Positions 19,838 through 30,820 of a stretch of 64,000 nucleotides of DNA are shown here, in pieces. The stretch comes from Paramoeba atlantica (lineage: Eukaryota > Protista > Discosea). Below the pieces are notes generated by a model, which saw only the letters and a program-made list of their open reading frames with translations, was not told the origin of the DNA and ran no database searches. The stretch is from assembly GCA_977017575.1 (NCBI GenBank), contig CDRNVI010000053.1:434001-498000 (forward strand), given 5' to 3'. Positions within the stretch are counted from its first letter, which is position 1; each line of letters opens with the position of its first letter. The translations under genes and the position numbers were made by a program.

Positions 19838-20284
19838 ATGGCTTTAATGAATGTATCTGACTCAGAAAATGAGAACAGTAATACGTCATGGACGAATGAC
19901 AGCGAAGACGAGTGGGCACGTCCTATAGTCTCTACGAACGACACTACGTCGCGCACGTCGCTTAGATCCGTTGTGCAAAACGACGTGCGTGATGAAGCAA
20001 TTTATTCAACTTCACATCCTGAAAACTCTAGCACTTCAATCAACGTAATCGTCATTCGTTTCCAAGAGGGTGGGACTGATATTGCGGAGGAGACATTCTC
20101 TGAAGAATACACTGTTGAATTTTTGAAATGTTACCTGGAAGATCTCGATTCGGAACGATTCACATACTCCTCTCTTTCCCTCTACTATCACGGAAAATGT
20201 ATGATTGATCCTCTCAGCCTGAGTGATATTTCAGGACTGGAAGGTCCTGGGCCGCATTGTGTTGACGTGTGTATCAACAACTAG
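19838..20284 (+). CDS. Ubiquitin-like domain protein with an acidic N-terminus
   Basis: TVEFLKCYL...LSLYYHGKCMIDPLSLSD resembles a beta-grasp UBL. First ATG at 19838. Confidence 0.55.
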   Translation: MALMNVSDSENENSNTSWTNDSEDEWARPIVSTNDTTSRTSLRSVVQNDVRDEAIYSTSHPENSSTSINVIVIRFQEGGTDIAEETFSEEYTVEFLKCYLEDLDSERFTYSSLSLYYHGKCMIDPLSLSDISGLEGPGPHCVDVCINN

Positions 20285-20574
20285 TGTGTTTGCATAATAA
20301 ATAAATAACTAGTGTGTTTACACAATAAATCTGCAGCGATTCCAAAATCCACCATGGAAGGAGAGGACTAAAAAGGTGTGTAATAGGAAGGTGTGTAATA
20401 ATTTCCTTGTCTGATGCCTCCCGTCTACCTACCTTGGGGTTTCTTTTCCAGGTTATATTTTTGCAAGTAGTTATTTATTTGTGACTATTCAAAAAATTAT
20501 AGCTTGAAAAGTGCCCGAATAAAAGAAATTTTATTACCCTTTATTCTACTCTTTGTTCGGGAGATGAGGATACG

Positions 20575-21477
20575 ATGAGGTACCTGCAACTTCCTGAGAT
20601 AGACGAGGTGAATGTTTATCTTGGAAATGTATTGGATAGTACAAGCAAACAATCTGTTTCAACTTTCTTAGCTTCAAATTGCCGAATTGAAGCATATAGC
20701 ACAAGACACGAAAAGAACGACAGGAAGCTTACGGCGAATTTGATCCAAAATCTGCCTAATGTATACAGTGGAAATTTGGTAACAGATCAATACGAAGAAC
20801 TCATGCGTACTCAGGAACAAGAGGCCGTCGACGCGCAACAAGAACTAACGATCTCCCCTCAAATACTCCCTTCGCCCTCTCCTGTTGTTGCGCAAAACAA
20901 CAACAACTGTATTTTCCTGAGTTCTACCGCGCCCCACTTGGGGACGACGGAATTTATTTCACAAGTAAATTACGAAGAATACGCAACAGCTATATGTGTG
21001 CTTCATCACACCTATAACGGCGAACGTGACTTCACAACCTTATCCCCAAGTGAGTTTACCAAAGTGCAATGGTCCGATGTGGAATCCGACGTAGGTCCTC
21101 GTGTTGGATGCCACACATCATTATTGAAGATACAGTGTTGTGTAACGCATTTGGTGGGGGCGAGTAGTGAGCTATGCATTTTGTGCTACAAGGGTGTCGT
21201 ACAGTATCCATCCGCACAGCCACACCGTGAAATACTTTGGTCACGTCATTACTTCTTCTTACCAAAGTCACAGAGAAAGGCGCTCATACTTCTGTCACTG
21301 TCTGGAGAATCAGCGTCGTCCGTGCCGGATGCCTCGCAAGAAATATTTAGCACAGAACGGTACGGATACATCGACAGAAATGATCAAAGTGTATCACAAA
21401 AAACTTTGTCCCTCAATAGTTTGGACGATTGGGGAGATGAGGTGGATCTTGATTACACAGGCCTTCAAATTCAGTAG
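20575..21477 (+). CDS. MAF1: Maf1, repressor of RNA polymerase III
   Basis: MRYLQLPEIDEVN...CRIEAYS, DFTTLSPSEF, LWSRHYFF and an acidic tail. Confidence 0.75.
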   Translation: MRYLQLPEIDEVNVYLGNVLDSTSKQSVSTFLASNCRIEAYSTRHEKNDRKLTANLIQNLPNVYSGNLVTDQYEELMRTQEQEAVDAQQELTISPQILPSPSPVVAQNNNNCIFLSSTAPHLGTTEFISQVNYEEYATAICVLHHTYNGERDFTTLSPSEFTKVQWSDVESDVGPRVGCHTSLLKIQCCVTHLVGASSELCILCYKGVVQYPSAQPHREILWSRHYFFLPKSQRKALILLSLSGESASSVPDASQEIFSTERYGYIDRNDQSVSQKTLSLNSLDDWGDEVDLDYTGLQIQ

Positions 21478-21715
21478 TGTGTTCTTCGACACTCATATTG
21501 CAAATATCTTGATTGCCCTTAAAAGTTGTATATTCATCAGGCCATACTTTCTTGGTAGTTCGATTTTTAGTTTTTGTCCCTGTTACTTTCTTTCGTCAGT
21601 CTTGCTGCAAAATTACTGTAAGGAGAATCTGTTACTCCATTTTCTCTGCGTGAATAATTTTGTTCTGAATTGCTTGTGAATTTATCTATACTTTCATATT
21701 TCTTTATCACTTCAC

Positions 21716-21997
21716 ATGGGTAAGCGTACTGCGAAAGTGGGAATCGTGGGTAAGTACTCCGTGCGGTACGGTGCAAATCTTAGGAAACGAGTGAAGAAAC
21801 TTGAAATTTCCAGTCATAGCAAGCACTTTTGTCAATGGTGTGGACGCTTCAGCATTCGTCGTCAAGCCGTTGGAATTTGGAAATGCAAAAAGTGCCAAAA
21901 GATAGTAGCCGGTGGCGCATGGACGCTCACGACCCCGAACAGCACGACAGTGCGCTCTACTATTCGACGTTTGCGCGAGCTTTCCGGAAGCGCGTAA
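21716..21997 (+). CDS. RPL37A: 60S ribosomal protein L37a (eL43)
   Basis: [19 protein letters not shown], a C2-C2 zinc ribbon, AGGAW and STIRRLRE. Confidence 0.97.
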   Translation: MGKRTAKVGIVGKYSVRYGANLRKRVKKLEISSHSKHFCQWCGRFSIRRQAVGIWKCKKCQKIVAGGAWTLTTPNSTTVRSTIRRLRELSGSA

Positions 21998-22309
21998 GCT
22001 AGATACCGCTGAAGTTTTGAAGATATTGCAGGTTGTAAAGCACAAAGTTTGAAAGCTTCACGATGCATCGCACACGAGTTCATCTTAAACCACCTTTCTA
22101 ATTACATAATCTTTATTTATTTGTTTTACTTTTTTTAGTTCATGATACGTTGTTGCGTCAAACCCACGGCTTAAGTTTATGTCCGTGTACTATGTTCATC
22201 ATACATCTGTATCTGTGGACCCCTAGAAATGAGATTTTTTCTTGTTTTTCATTTACTCGAACCCTTTTAGCGCAGTTGAAAACTAACATGTATACCAATC
22301 CCGAAAAAA

Positions 22310-23155
22310 ATGTTACCACCTTCCGACACTCTCTGGATCCAGATAATTATAACGTTCGCAGTCACACTTTCTTTTCTGGTGCTTGTATGCTGTGTACTTA
22401 TGATTCGCAGCCGACGACGTCATAAAATTCTGACGCGTGTCGCCCGCAGAGTACGATTGGACCTTCATCATGAGAATTCAGAAGCCAGAAAGAAAATCAT
22501 CGAAAACTCGCTGGACCTTCTGAAACACAAAATTGACCCTCCCCCAGTTACCAAGCGAGAGGTACCTGGCTATGTTGAGAATGTATGTCCCGATGTTCGC
22601 CAGGAAGCGCTCAACGCCCATGAAAAATTAAATTCTATTATGAGCCGTATTCCAGATCTGAGCGGGAGGGTTCCTTACATGACATTCCGAGAGCTTATTC
22701 ACTGGTTAGAAAAAAGGGAGTCGCGATTGACTCAACACGCATTAGATAGCCGTAAAAAACCACCAGACAAACCAAATGGTACAGAGAATTTGAACTCGCG
22801 AACGTATTGGCAGCACTCACCTTTTTCTGCTAATTCTTCAAGTCCTGCCGATCGCAAATTGCCCGCCCAGGGACTGCGCACCCCTCGGTCCTCCAGCGAT
22901 TCTATATCGAAAAGGGGGCCCGATGATCTCTACAGGAAAAGCACGGAAATTAAGAATCCTGCATCAAAAAAGAAAAGTAATCACGATGTCTTTCGTTCCC
23001 AAAATAATATAGCATGGAGCAATGACGAACTCATCCAGTTCCACGAATCTGTACGATTTGGGCCTCCACGTATTGTTGAGGAGGTCGAGTACATTAACTA
23101 TATGAACGCTATAGACAACATAATGGCCAAAGCGCGTGAAGCTGTTGTCCTTTAG
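22310..23155 (+). CDS. Single-TM protein, possibly NICE-3/C1orf43-like
   Basis: N-terminal TM followed by a basic patch; C-terminal FHESVRFGP...EYINYMNAI resembles the NICE-3 YETARYG...EYLRYQEAL motif as I recall it. Confidence 0.4.
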   Translation: MLPPSDTLWIQIIITFAVTLSFLVLVCCVLMIRSRRRHKILTRVARRVRLDLHHENSEARKKIIENSLDLLKHKIDPPPVTKREVPGYVENVCPDVRQEALNAHEKLNSIMSRIPDLSGRVPYMTFRELIHWLEKRESRLTQHALDSRKKPPDKPNGTENLNSRTYWQHSPFSANSSSPADRKLPAQGLRTPRSSSDSISKRGPDDLYRKSTEIKNPASKKKSNHDVFRSQNNIAWSNDELIQFHESVRFGPPRIVEEVEYINYMNAIDNIMAKAREAVVL

Positions 23156-23409
23156 AAAGTGTCTCAAATTATGCAACAAGTGAGCGCTCATGACTGGCTT
23201 ACTAGTGTTAATATGGAGATCTAGTTATACCCACAAATGCGTCACTATGCACGCATGTAGTGCTGCAATTTTTTTAAACCCGTACCAGGAACTTATGAAC
23301 ACTGACGCTCTGCATATCAAAGTTTGTAACTACATATTTTATACGAATTTCAAATGTATGACAATAGTCGATGAGTCAAAATGGGTATGGCGCATGTCGG
23401 GCTGGGAGA

Positions 23410-23431
23410 CTTTTTTCTGCCTCTTTCCCAG
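23410..23431 (+). promoter_or_regulatory. Candidate trans-splice acceptor (polypyrimidine tract plus AG)
   Basis: cttttttctgcctctttcccAG lies 17 nt before ATG 23449. Similar pyrimidine tracts precede Ran, 5634, 22310, 37348 and 57545. Confidence 0.55.
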
Positions 23432-23448
23432 AAAACTATCCAAGTATT

Positions 23449-24201
23449 ATGAGCGGAAAGAGGAGCACGGCACACGAAGATGCGTCGATGGAACTCTCTG
23501 ATCACTGCATGTTCGAGTCTCCACACCTCGGAATTTGGCCTACTTACGTTTCTCTTACTGTCCCGAATGCCATTGCACAACAATTACACGCATATGCAGT
23601 TGATATTTGTAGCAAGCTCAATACCGAACTTCGCGCATTTTTCCACTTGATTGAGTGTGAAACGAGTAATAAATATAATGACATGAAGGCCTGGATCAAA
23701 GCGATAGATGCCGACTCGCTTCATATTTCGCTGAGCCGCTGTTTGCTGCTTCAACGACACGAGTATATGGCATTAAGAGCGGATTTGGCAGAGACGTTGT
23801 ATGGAACTCTCTCGCAGGGTGAGAATAATGCACGAAGAATTCTTATTCGTATACAAGACATTCAATTATTGGGTAGCTGCATAGTCTTTATGGTTGAGGG
23901 CTGCGACCGACTACAACTACTTCAGTACCCGTGTGACAAGGCGGGCCGCAAAGCATGCCAGCCACCGTACAAAGATTCTTTCGCATCAGTTGCGGGGAGC
24001 GCGTCTTTGCCTAATAGCAAGATGAGGTACTATCACTGTTCGATCGTTCAATTAGGTTCTGATATTCCGATTGCTTTCCGAGATCATATTGCTTCTTTTA
24101 TTTCTCATATTTCTTCCCCCGAAATTCACTTCCACGTTGAAGAGCTAAAGCTCTATAACGGTCAACAAAACGTGGAACGTTTTACGCTTATAAGCTCTTA
24201 A
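23449..24201 (+). CDS. USB1: U6 snRNA phosphodiesterase Usb1 (2H phosphoesterase)
   Basis: WPTYV, SLHISLSR (HxS 1) and YHCSI (HxS 2). ORF track starts at 23371; ATG 23449 follows the likely acceptor. Confidence 0.75.
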   Translation: MSGKRSTAHEDASMELSDHCMFESPHLGIWPTYVSLTVPNAIAQQLHAYAVDICSKLNTELRAFFHLIECETSNKYNDMKAWIKAIDADSLHISLSRCLLLQRHEYMALRADLAETLYGTLSQGENNARRILIRIQDIQLLGSCIVFMVEGCDRLQLLQYPCDKAGRKACQPPYKDSFASVAGSASLPNSKMRYYHCSIVQLGSDIPIAFRDHIASFISHISSPEIHFHVEELKLYNGQQNVERFTLISS

Positions 24202-24376
24202 GTAGCCTATAACTCTTAAGTTTATAAGTATATCTAGTACTAGTACAACATCTACTAGTATCTAGTATATCATCTGCTTTTTCAGCAACAGTGCGATAAC
24301 TGTTTTGTTATTCCTACCGTGTAACGTAAATATTATTGCAGAAGTTTTTGTCACTTTTCTTGTCCTAGCACAAGCA

Positions 24377-25849
24377 ATGTCCGATAACAATCAAGAGAGC
24401 ACTTTTTGGCGAAATACCGAATCCTGGCAAGCGAAGGCTGTCAACCCGCGAGAAAATAGTCCGCCGCGATCACCGCAACGTACTCCTATGAGTTCCCCAA
24501 GTCACATGTCTCCCAACAAGCCGAACTTTGAGGCCACTGCGGCAACACGAGCCGAACCACAGCTACCAACTCCGTCCAACGTCGCCGACACCCGGGTCAA
24601 TCCCTCAGACTTTCCCAAAGACGACACGACTGTCACGGTGCAGGATGGGACGAAACCTTCCAAGAGCGAGGAGGAGCTTGCCAAGTACACGCATGACCCC
24701 ATCGAGTACACGGACTCCGCTTGGCATTACATGGACATGATGGTTGTGACCATTCCTATTTTTATGGGATATGCCACACTGGCCCTCATGCAGCGGAATG
24801 TGCGCGACCGTCTCGGCATTGAAAACGGTACCCACGAGGCACGCATTTTTAACGCTGGTGTCAGTTTTCTGTACCTTGGAAACCTCCTCTTTCGCCTGTT
24901 GCACAATTTCGTGTTTACGTTCCTCCGTCCCCGACACCGTGTGTACCTGAGCTACTACGGCATCATGCTCGCCATGAACCTCCTCGGATGGCTCGTGTTT
25001 GTGGGCAACGTGAAGCATCTCTCGATTGTGTTCATCAGCTATCTACTTGGCGGGATAAGTATCGGGACGTTTGAGTCCAATGTGATCTCCGTGTTGACTC
25101 CCTACGGTCACCGTGCGAAGTCGTGGGCGGTCACTGGGATTCCGATTGGGTTCAACATGATTGCCATAGGTGGGTTTATGCTGATTTACTTCTGCGATCA
25201 TTACATGTGCAAGTTTGCGATCTACATGACCGTGTTCACCGCCAATGTTGTCGGTGCGACGTACTACCGCTTCAAAGTCAAGGATCTCCCTTCAGGCTCT
25301 AGCAATGACGACGTGTACAAGTTCCTTTCCGATTTGAAAAAATGGCGTGAGTGGTTGGTCCCCATCTGGGCCTACTGTGCTGCGTTGACGTTGGACAAAT
25401 TTTGTCTTGGACTGTTCGGATCCATTCATCTCTACATGTACACCGACGACCATCTTCCCGTGTGGCCTGGAAGCAGCGCGACCATTCCGAAAAACCTCTT
25501 CTACTGTCTCTATTCGTTCTGTTGCTTGATGGGGGATTCCGGTTCTCGAAAGATTGCATACATTGACCGTGCGCGACAACCGATGTACTTCCTGCTCATG
25601 TCTCTCGTAGGTGCCATTCTGGTGCTTAGCAAGGTGTTGATCTTCTCGTTGATTGGCATTATTCTGATTTTCTTTGCTAACGGGTCGATTTACGCCCACA
25701 CGACGCGACGAATCGATCAGCGTGTGTCGAAGCGCTTCAACCTCATTGCGCTCAGCATTTGGCTGTTTATCGGGGATCTTGGTTCCTACACGGGGTCCAA
25801 CCTGAATTCCCATATTCCTCGCTGGATCAGCCATTTGCACCGCTGGTAA
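24377..25849 (+). CDS. CLN3/battenin-like MFS membrane transporter
   Basis: About 11 TM segments; GTFESNVISV...W..TG, FANGSIY and IGDLGS resemble CLN3/BTN1. First ATG at 24377. Confidence 0.65.
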   Translation: MSDNNQESTFWRNTESWQAKAVNPRENSPPRSPQRTPMSSPSHMSPNKPNFEATAATRAEPQLPTPSNVADTRVNPSDFPKDDTTVTVQDGTKPSKSEEELAKYTHDPIEYTDSAWHYMDMMVVTIPIFMGYATLALMQRNVRDRLGIENGTHEARIFNAGVSFLYLGNLLFRLLHNFVFTFLRPRHRVYLSYYGIMLAMNLLGWLVFVGNVKHLSIVFISYLLGGISIGTFESNVISVLTPYGHRAKSWAVTGIPIGFNMIAIGGFMLIYFCDHYMCKFAIYMTVFTANVVGATYYRFKVKDLPSGSSNDDVYKFLSDLKKWREWLVPIWAYCAALTLDKFCLGLFGSIHLYMYTDDHLPVWPGSSATIPKNLFYCLYSFCCLMGDSGSRKIAYIDRARQPMYFLLMSLVGAILVLSKVLIFSLIGIILIFFANGSIYAHTTRRIDQRVSKRFNLIALSIWLFIGDLGSYTGSNLNSHIPRWISHLHRW

Positions 25850-26057
25850 ATGGTAAAGTAAGCGTTTCATTTCATAGTGTTTACTGAAACAAAGAGCGTT
25901 CTTTGTGCTGCAAATTAGAAAAATGAGGGCGTAACATACCGATGAGCATTTAATAAATGCTACCATAAATTCTATAGTTAAAACATAATTTTTCTTTTCA
26001 CTTGTCTTTTGTGAATATGTTTTTTTCCATATAGACAGCGGTTTATAAGCGGGAACA

Positions 26058-26339
26058 ATGTGGTCATTATTTGTCAGATTTCTATTATCTTCTTGTAGAA
26101 GGAAAAAAGTTTCAAAATCAGGGATTGCTCAAATGAGTTACCGCACTTCTAATCGATTATTTTACTCCTATATTTTGGGCTTCTTCTGGGCTGCTGTTTA
26201 CTTTTTTACACATCCGATTCAATTATTAAAACTTAGCATCGCATTATGGGGAATGTTCAATATAATCTTTTTTGTGACGTTTGGGCTTGTCACGTTGAAT
26301 CTCTTCCAGTTGTACGATGAAAATTTTAATACTGTATAA
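26058..26339 (+). CDS. Possible small two-TM membrane protein
   Basis: 93-aa ORF in the gene-strand orientation with two hydrophobic segments; could be spurious. Confidence 0.3.
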   Translation: MWSLFVRFLLSSCRRKKVSKSGIAQMSYRTSNRLFYSYILGFFWAAVYFFTHPIQLLKLSIALWGMFNIIFFVTFGLVTLNLFQLYDENFNTV

Positions 26340-26402
26340 CATGAAAATAGAAAACTGTCCGCGTCGTATGAAGAGAGTATGTTCTGAGTACGTGGATAGT
26401 GG

Positions 26403-27431
26403 ATGTTCCACAAAATGTCTATATCTCTCTATGCTGAGTTGGAATCAATACTGAAAATAGTACTTTTCATGACATCATTCTACAATGGAATAGAATCTAC
26501 ATCTGCAACGCAACGCTCGCTATCTCCTGATCCACGGCCGCCCACTGACATAAGTGAAGCCGCATGGCCCAAGCTTAGTCCTGCTGTTTCTCGTCACAGG
26601 TGTGATTCTTGGTGTGATTCCCCAGAGATCCTCGAACAGGATGCCACTAAACATTTGCATACTACTTCACTAGGTGCGGCATATAACACTGATCATTACA
26701 CTTGCAAGAATTCCACACCAAACCTCTGTAAAAAAAGGATAGACAAAATTAAAGGTGTTTCTTTTGATTGTGTCGTGCAAAAATTGGCATTGTGTGAGAC
26801 GCAAACCAGTGATATGTGTTCAATTGGCACAGAAATATCAGCACAGCAAAGCACAATACAAGAAGTTGATCGATTCTTAAATTCACCATGTAGCACAATT
26901 TTGTATGAAGAATCGTCTTCTGAGCGTATCGCTGATGATAAAATAACGCAAATTGGTCAAGTAAAACATGCCCATGGAAACATCAAGAAATTATGGAATC
27001 GACTGCAAGAGATGAAGCTTCCCAACTTAACGGTTTTTAAACAAAACAATCGTTGCTCTCATCCTCTGCGCGCAGGTGGATATTGGGCAGTTTGGACACA
27101 AGGAGTGGAGGGGATAGGGCCCACTGCAAGCATACGTATGGAGCAACGAAACTTCAAAATTTTAGGGAGCTGTCCCAAGTTTCGGCAGAATAAGGAGCAT
27201 CATACTTTCGAGATGCAAGCTCCAATTGGCGCTGCTAATGAAAACAATTGTTCACAGAATATTTTCTCGTATGAAAACAAAGGTGATGATACTCGGGAAC
27301 TCGATATTTCTATTTATGAACTGTGGATTCACGCTCATCGGGCTAAAATTGTTCTACTTGTTCTTTTTATCGTTTGCGTACAAATTTATATGGATAGAGT
27401 TTTGCATTTTTCGGATCATGATACTCTATGA
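26403..27431 (+). CDS. Hypothetical tail-anchored protein
   Basis: 342-aa ORF with a single C-terminal hydrophobic helix (KIVLLVLFIVCVQIYM). Confidence 0.55.
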   Translation: MFHKMSISLYAELESILKIVLFMTSFYNGIESTSATQRSLSPDPRPPTDISEAAWPKLSPAVSRHRCDSWCDSPEILEQDATKHLHTTSLGAAYNTDHYTCKNSTPNLCKKRIDKIKGVSFDCVVQKLALCETQTSDMCSIGTEISAQQSTIQEVDRFLNSPCSTILYEESSSERIADDKITQIGQVKHAHGNIKKLWNRLQEMKLPNLTVFKQNNRCSHPLRAGGYWAVWTQGVEGIGPTASIRMEQRNFKILGSCPKFRQNKEHHTFEMQAPIGAANENNCSQNIFSYENKGDDTRELDISIYELWIHAHRAKIVLLVLFIVCVQIYMDRVLHFSDHDTL

Positions 27432-27850
27432 AAAGTAGTTCGTTCTGCAAAGCTTTTCTTCGTTTTATTTTCCTTCGATATTTCAGTTCAGTTTGTTAAT
27501 CTCGCTTTACGTAAATATAGCTTTCTTGCCTTGCATGAAGTATTTAGTGCGTCACTTAACCTTTAATTTCTTGGTTAAAGTGAGTAAGAATTGTGCGCAA
27601 TATTTTGATTGATTTTATACATGTCCCTACACAGTCTCATATGCCATAATTCACTGTTCATATCCTATTTACACTCGCTATTCATACCCGATTGATTGAA
27701 TTTCAAGCAGATCTGAAAAGCCAACAAATTATTTACTTTTGATCGAAACCAACAAACTAGGCTGTTTAATGATCAATATTATTGGTGAAAATATTCTAAT
27801 AAACTTAATCAGCAGAATACCTTGTCATTACACAATATATAACTACAAAT

Positions 27851-28489
27851 ATGAGCACCGAAATTCAACCCTCTACCCAGGTTAATTCCACCAGCACCCT
27901 TCCCACCCTTCCAGAGATGGACCCTGTTGCGGCTACTGTGGAAATCCGACGGTACGAGTCTGGGCTACCCACCTTGAAGGTCTACATGGATGAGCGCAAC
28001 CAGTACCTGTTTCTCCCTTCTGAGCACGTGTACGGCACCGAGGGCGCGGAACGGTTCCTACGCGCGGCGCCGGGAACCGCACAGAATCCGGTGCTATGCC
28101 GAACCCTCGCTCGGGGTTATCTCTGCCCTCGTGGGGCAACCTGTGGGTTTGTTCACGCGGACTTGGCTGCAGCAGAGTTGAGCGCGGAGTACCGTAAAAC
28201 AGATGTCCATCGGAATGATGCCATTGAGGTGGGATATCTGCGCTATCCGACGCTACCAGAGGGAACTACGCTTCCGGTGCCGCAGAAAGGGAATGAGGCA
28301 TTCACCATATCGCTTCACTCCGAAATGCTTTACAAAACAAAGGGAGGAGAGAATTTATATCGGATGTACACGCAAAGTGGGGCTCCCGCAGGGCCTCGAC
28401 GCTACACACGGTGTAATTTTTTCGAAATGAAAAAGATTTGTCATAAAGGGACGGATTGTGGTCATCTACACGTCGCGTATGACGAATGA
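27851..28489 (+). CDS. Two-finger CCCH zinc-finger RNA-binding protein (kinetoplastid ZC3H-like)
   Basis: Two exact C-x8-C-x5-C-x3-H motifs: CRTLARGYLCPRGATCGFVH and CNFFEMKKICHKGTDCGHLH. Confidence 0.85.
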   Translation: MSTEIQPSTQVNSTSTLPTLPEMDPVAATVEIRRYESGLPTLKVYMDERNQYLFLPSEHVYGTEGAERFLRAAPGTAQNPVLCRTLARGYLCPRGATCGFVHADLAAAELSAEYRKTDVHRNDAIEVGYLRYPTLPEGTTLPVPQKGNEAFTISLHSEMLYKTKGGENLYRMYTQSGAPAGPRRYTRCNFFEMKKICHKGTDCGHLHVAYDE

Positions 28490-28692
28490 GAAGGTCTCCA
28501 CGGCTCGGGAATATGATGCGTCTGTCACGAAGCTATTATTAAATCAGAAAGCTCAAACAGCGTGTCAGAAAATTTCTTTCCGGGTGTTTTGTAATACACA
28601 ACATTGAAAAATTGGATTACTATGATCGTTGGAAACGGAATTTTAGAACATGTTAAGGCGAAAGTACGTGTAGATGTATGTACTAAATCCAA

Positions 28693-28710
28693 CACACACA
28701 CACACACACA
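28693..28710 (+). repeat. (CA)9 microsatellite
   Basis: Read directly from the sequence. Confidence 0.9.
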
Positions 28711-28913
28711 GAACTGCACACCAGACCATATTCAATGGTTGTATATGTACATCATGCACATGTACTGGGGATCTACATGTACTGTATTTCCACTGTATCA
28801 TTTGTGTAGAGTTACTATGTAGTCAATCATGTTTATGTTCAGGAGATTGTCGTCATTCAGGATAGAAGATTGTGCTGTTCGAAGAAAATAGGTGTCGGTT
28901 CAAGCTTTCCTCC

Positions 28914-30785
28914 ATGCTTTGGAGTGGTTCGAATCTTTTAATCAATAAAGGAATCATACACCAAATATTTACTTTTCAGCGGTCCTGCAAGTCTTCCGGT
29001 GCAAAAGGCGATCCTCTCGGGATCAAATTACGAGACCTCTTAAGGAAATACGCAAAGATGTCGCCTTTCAATCGGAATGTCTTGGTGCCACAGCATGCAT
29101 TATTGGAACACGCTACCAATGTGCATTCGAATATTCGTGAGCCGTCGTCCAGTGCAATTTATTCAATACCATCCGATGATACAATAGAAATAATACACGA
29201 ACTTTCGGAAAGCATACTCCGGCGTGAATCAAGCCAAGAAAACGCACATGAACATCGGGGGAAAAGCAACGGTGATCCTGTGTCATTTTCGATACTAGGG
29301 CAATTTTTACATCTGTGCGAGCTGTTTGGGGGTTTCGATAGAAAGTATCATCCGGATCACACTACTGTCTCATATAATTTGGCATTTTCACAAAAACTAC
29401 AAGAAATGACTGCAAGGGAAAATCATTTCTTGACAGCAGACACTGTATCAAATTCTGACTGCACGTTTTATATCGCTTATACCGCTGCAAGGCTGGTACG
29501 TTGTGTGTTGTCCTCGAGATCTACAGTTCAGCTTGATCTGAAGTGTAGAAGCAAATTTATTTCAGCTTTGTGCCGCGTGGGCGACTTAACTGTAGCTGGT
29601 GAACTGATAATTCAAGCTGCTAAGAACCGAACTCTAAAAAAGCGTGATCTGGAACCTATAATATTGCACACACAAAATAAATTTGTCACTGATTACGTGA
29701 GAAGATTAGCGAAAGAGCACGATATCACGCTTGAGGATTGGGTCTACGGAATTCTACTTCAGCCTTCAACGCAAGACGGTGATGCTGCTGAAATTCATGA
29801 GCTATTAACCGAAATGCAGGACGATCACCCAATTATGGATCCACGAAATTTCGAGAAATTAAAGCATGTTTCCCATTATATGTCCCCTACACTGTGTCGC
29901 AATGAATCCCAAATCAGTAAGAGTTCTAATGTAGCACCGAACAGTGCAGAAAAAGCGTTCGTATCAAGGCGTACGTTGCATGGCTTCTGCAATGTTTGCC
30001 TTCGCCCGCTAAAGCTGTTTCCTTTCTCCGACAATCTTCGTGCCGAGCTGTTGCGTGATATCCAACAAATACCTCTGATACGTCCGAAATCCCGCGATGT
30101 TGTTGATCGCTTTTTTTCTAAGCTAAGAAGTACTCCCATGGATATTATTGTAGATGGCGCTAACGTCGGATATAGTGGTTTGTGTAGAGGGCCTGACAGC
30201 GATGATATCTGTTCTGTTCCTGAAAGATTGCGTCCCCCCGCACTTGTGTCACATCGGGAGCCTCCCACCAATTTTCATATTTGGTTTGAACATATTGAGG
30301 CTATACTTCAATGTGCAGCTCAACACAACCTGCGCCCCGTGGTGATGTTGCATCAGAGGCATGTTCAGCGAACTCTTCTTTGGGATAAATATCATAGCTT
30401 AGTTGCCCGGTGGGAAAAACATGGACTTCTCATTCCTACCCCAAATGGTATTGAAGATGATATATGCTGGCTATATGCAGCTGTGTTTCATAGTACTACC
30501 CTTCGACGCGTATACGTTGTCACCAATGATTTAATGCGAGATCATCACTTTTCTCTGCTTTCTCGGCGTTCATTTATGCGCTGGCGCGACACATGTCGAG
30601 TACGCTACAAGTTGTTTCCACCCGGAACCGTAGCGCGGCTAGAATTTCCGCTGCCCTACTCAAATACAATGCAATTCGATGAAACCAGTCGTAATTGGCA
30701 TATTCCAGTAGCACCCGAAAAACCAAGTGATGAAGAGTTCAATGCGAAATGGTATTGCGTACAAATTGCCTCTGTGCGCAAATGA
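28914..30785 (+). CDS. PRORP: Protein-only RNase P (PPR plus Zn site plus NYN nuclease)
   Basis: IIVDGANVG, EDDICWLYAA and VVTNDLMRDH keep the catalytic Asp set; Zn ligands CNVC, WHIP, WYC. First ATG at 28914; possibly the mitochondrial isoform. Confidence 0.92.
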   Translation: MLWSGSNLLINKGIIHQIFTFQRSCKSSGAKGDPLGIKLRDLLRKYAKMSPFNRNVLVPQHALLEHATNVHSNIREPSSSAIYSIPSDDTIEIIHELSESILRRESSQENAHEHRGKSNGDPVSFSILGQFLHLCELFGGFDRKYHPDHTTVSYNLAFSQKLQEMTARENHFLTADTVSNSDCTFYIAYTAARLVRCVLSSRSTVQLDLKCRSKFISALCRVGDLTVAGELIIQAAKNRTLKKRDLEPIILHTQNKFVTDYVRRLAKEHDITLEDWVYGILLQPSTQDGDAAEIHELLTEMQDDHPIMDPRNFEKLKHVSHYMSPTLCRNESQISKSSNVAPNSAEKAFVSRRTLHGFCNVCLRPLKLFPFSDNLRAELLRDIQQIPLIRPKSRDVVDRFFSKLRSTPMDIIVDGANVGYSGLCRGPDSDDICSVPERLRPPALVSHREPPTNFHIWFEHIEAILQCAAQHNLRPVVMLHQRHVQRTLLWDKYHSLVARWEKHGLLIPTPNGIEDDICWLYAAVFHSTTLRRVYVVTNDLMRDHHFSLLSRRSFMRWRDTCRVRYKLFPPGTVARLEFPLPYSNTMQFDETSRNWHIPVAPEKPSDEEFNAKWYCVQIASVRK

Positions 30786-30820
30786 TCAAAAAAATGTATT
30801 ATTTCACGTATTACGACATG

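Noticed and set aside
25292-25966. 224-aa minus-strand ORF
   Set aside because: Antisense to the CLN3-like CDS, with no recognisable motif; it would be the only gene against the polycistronic direction.
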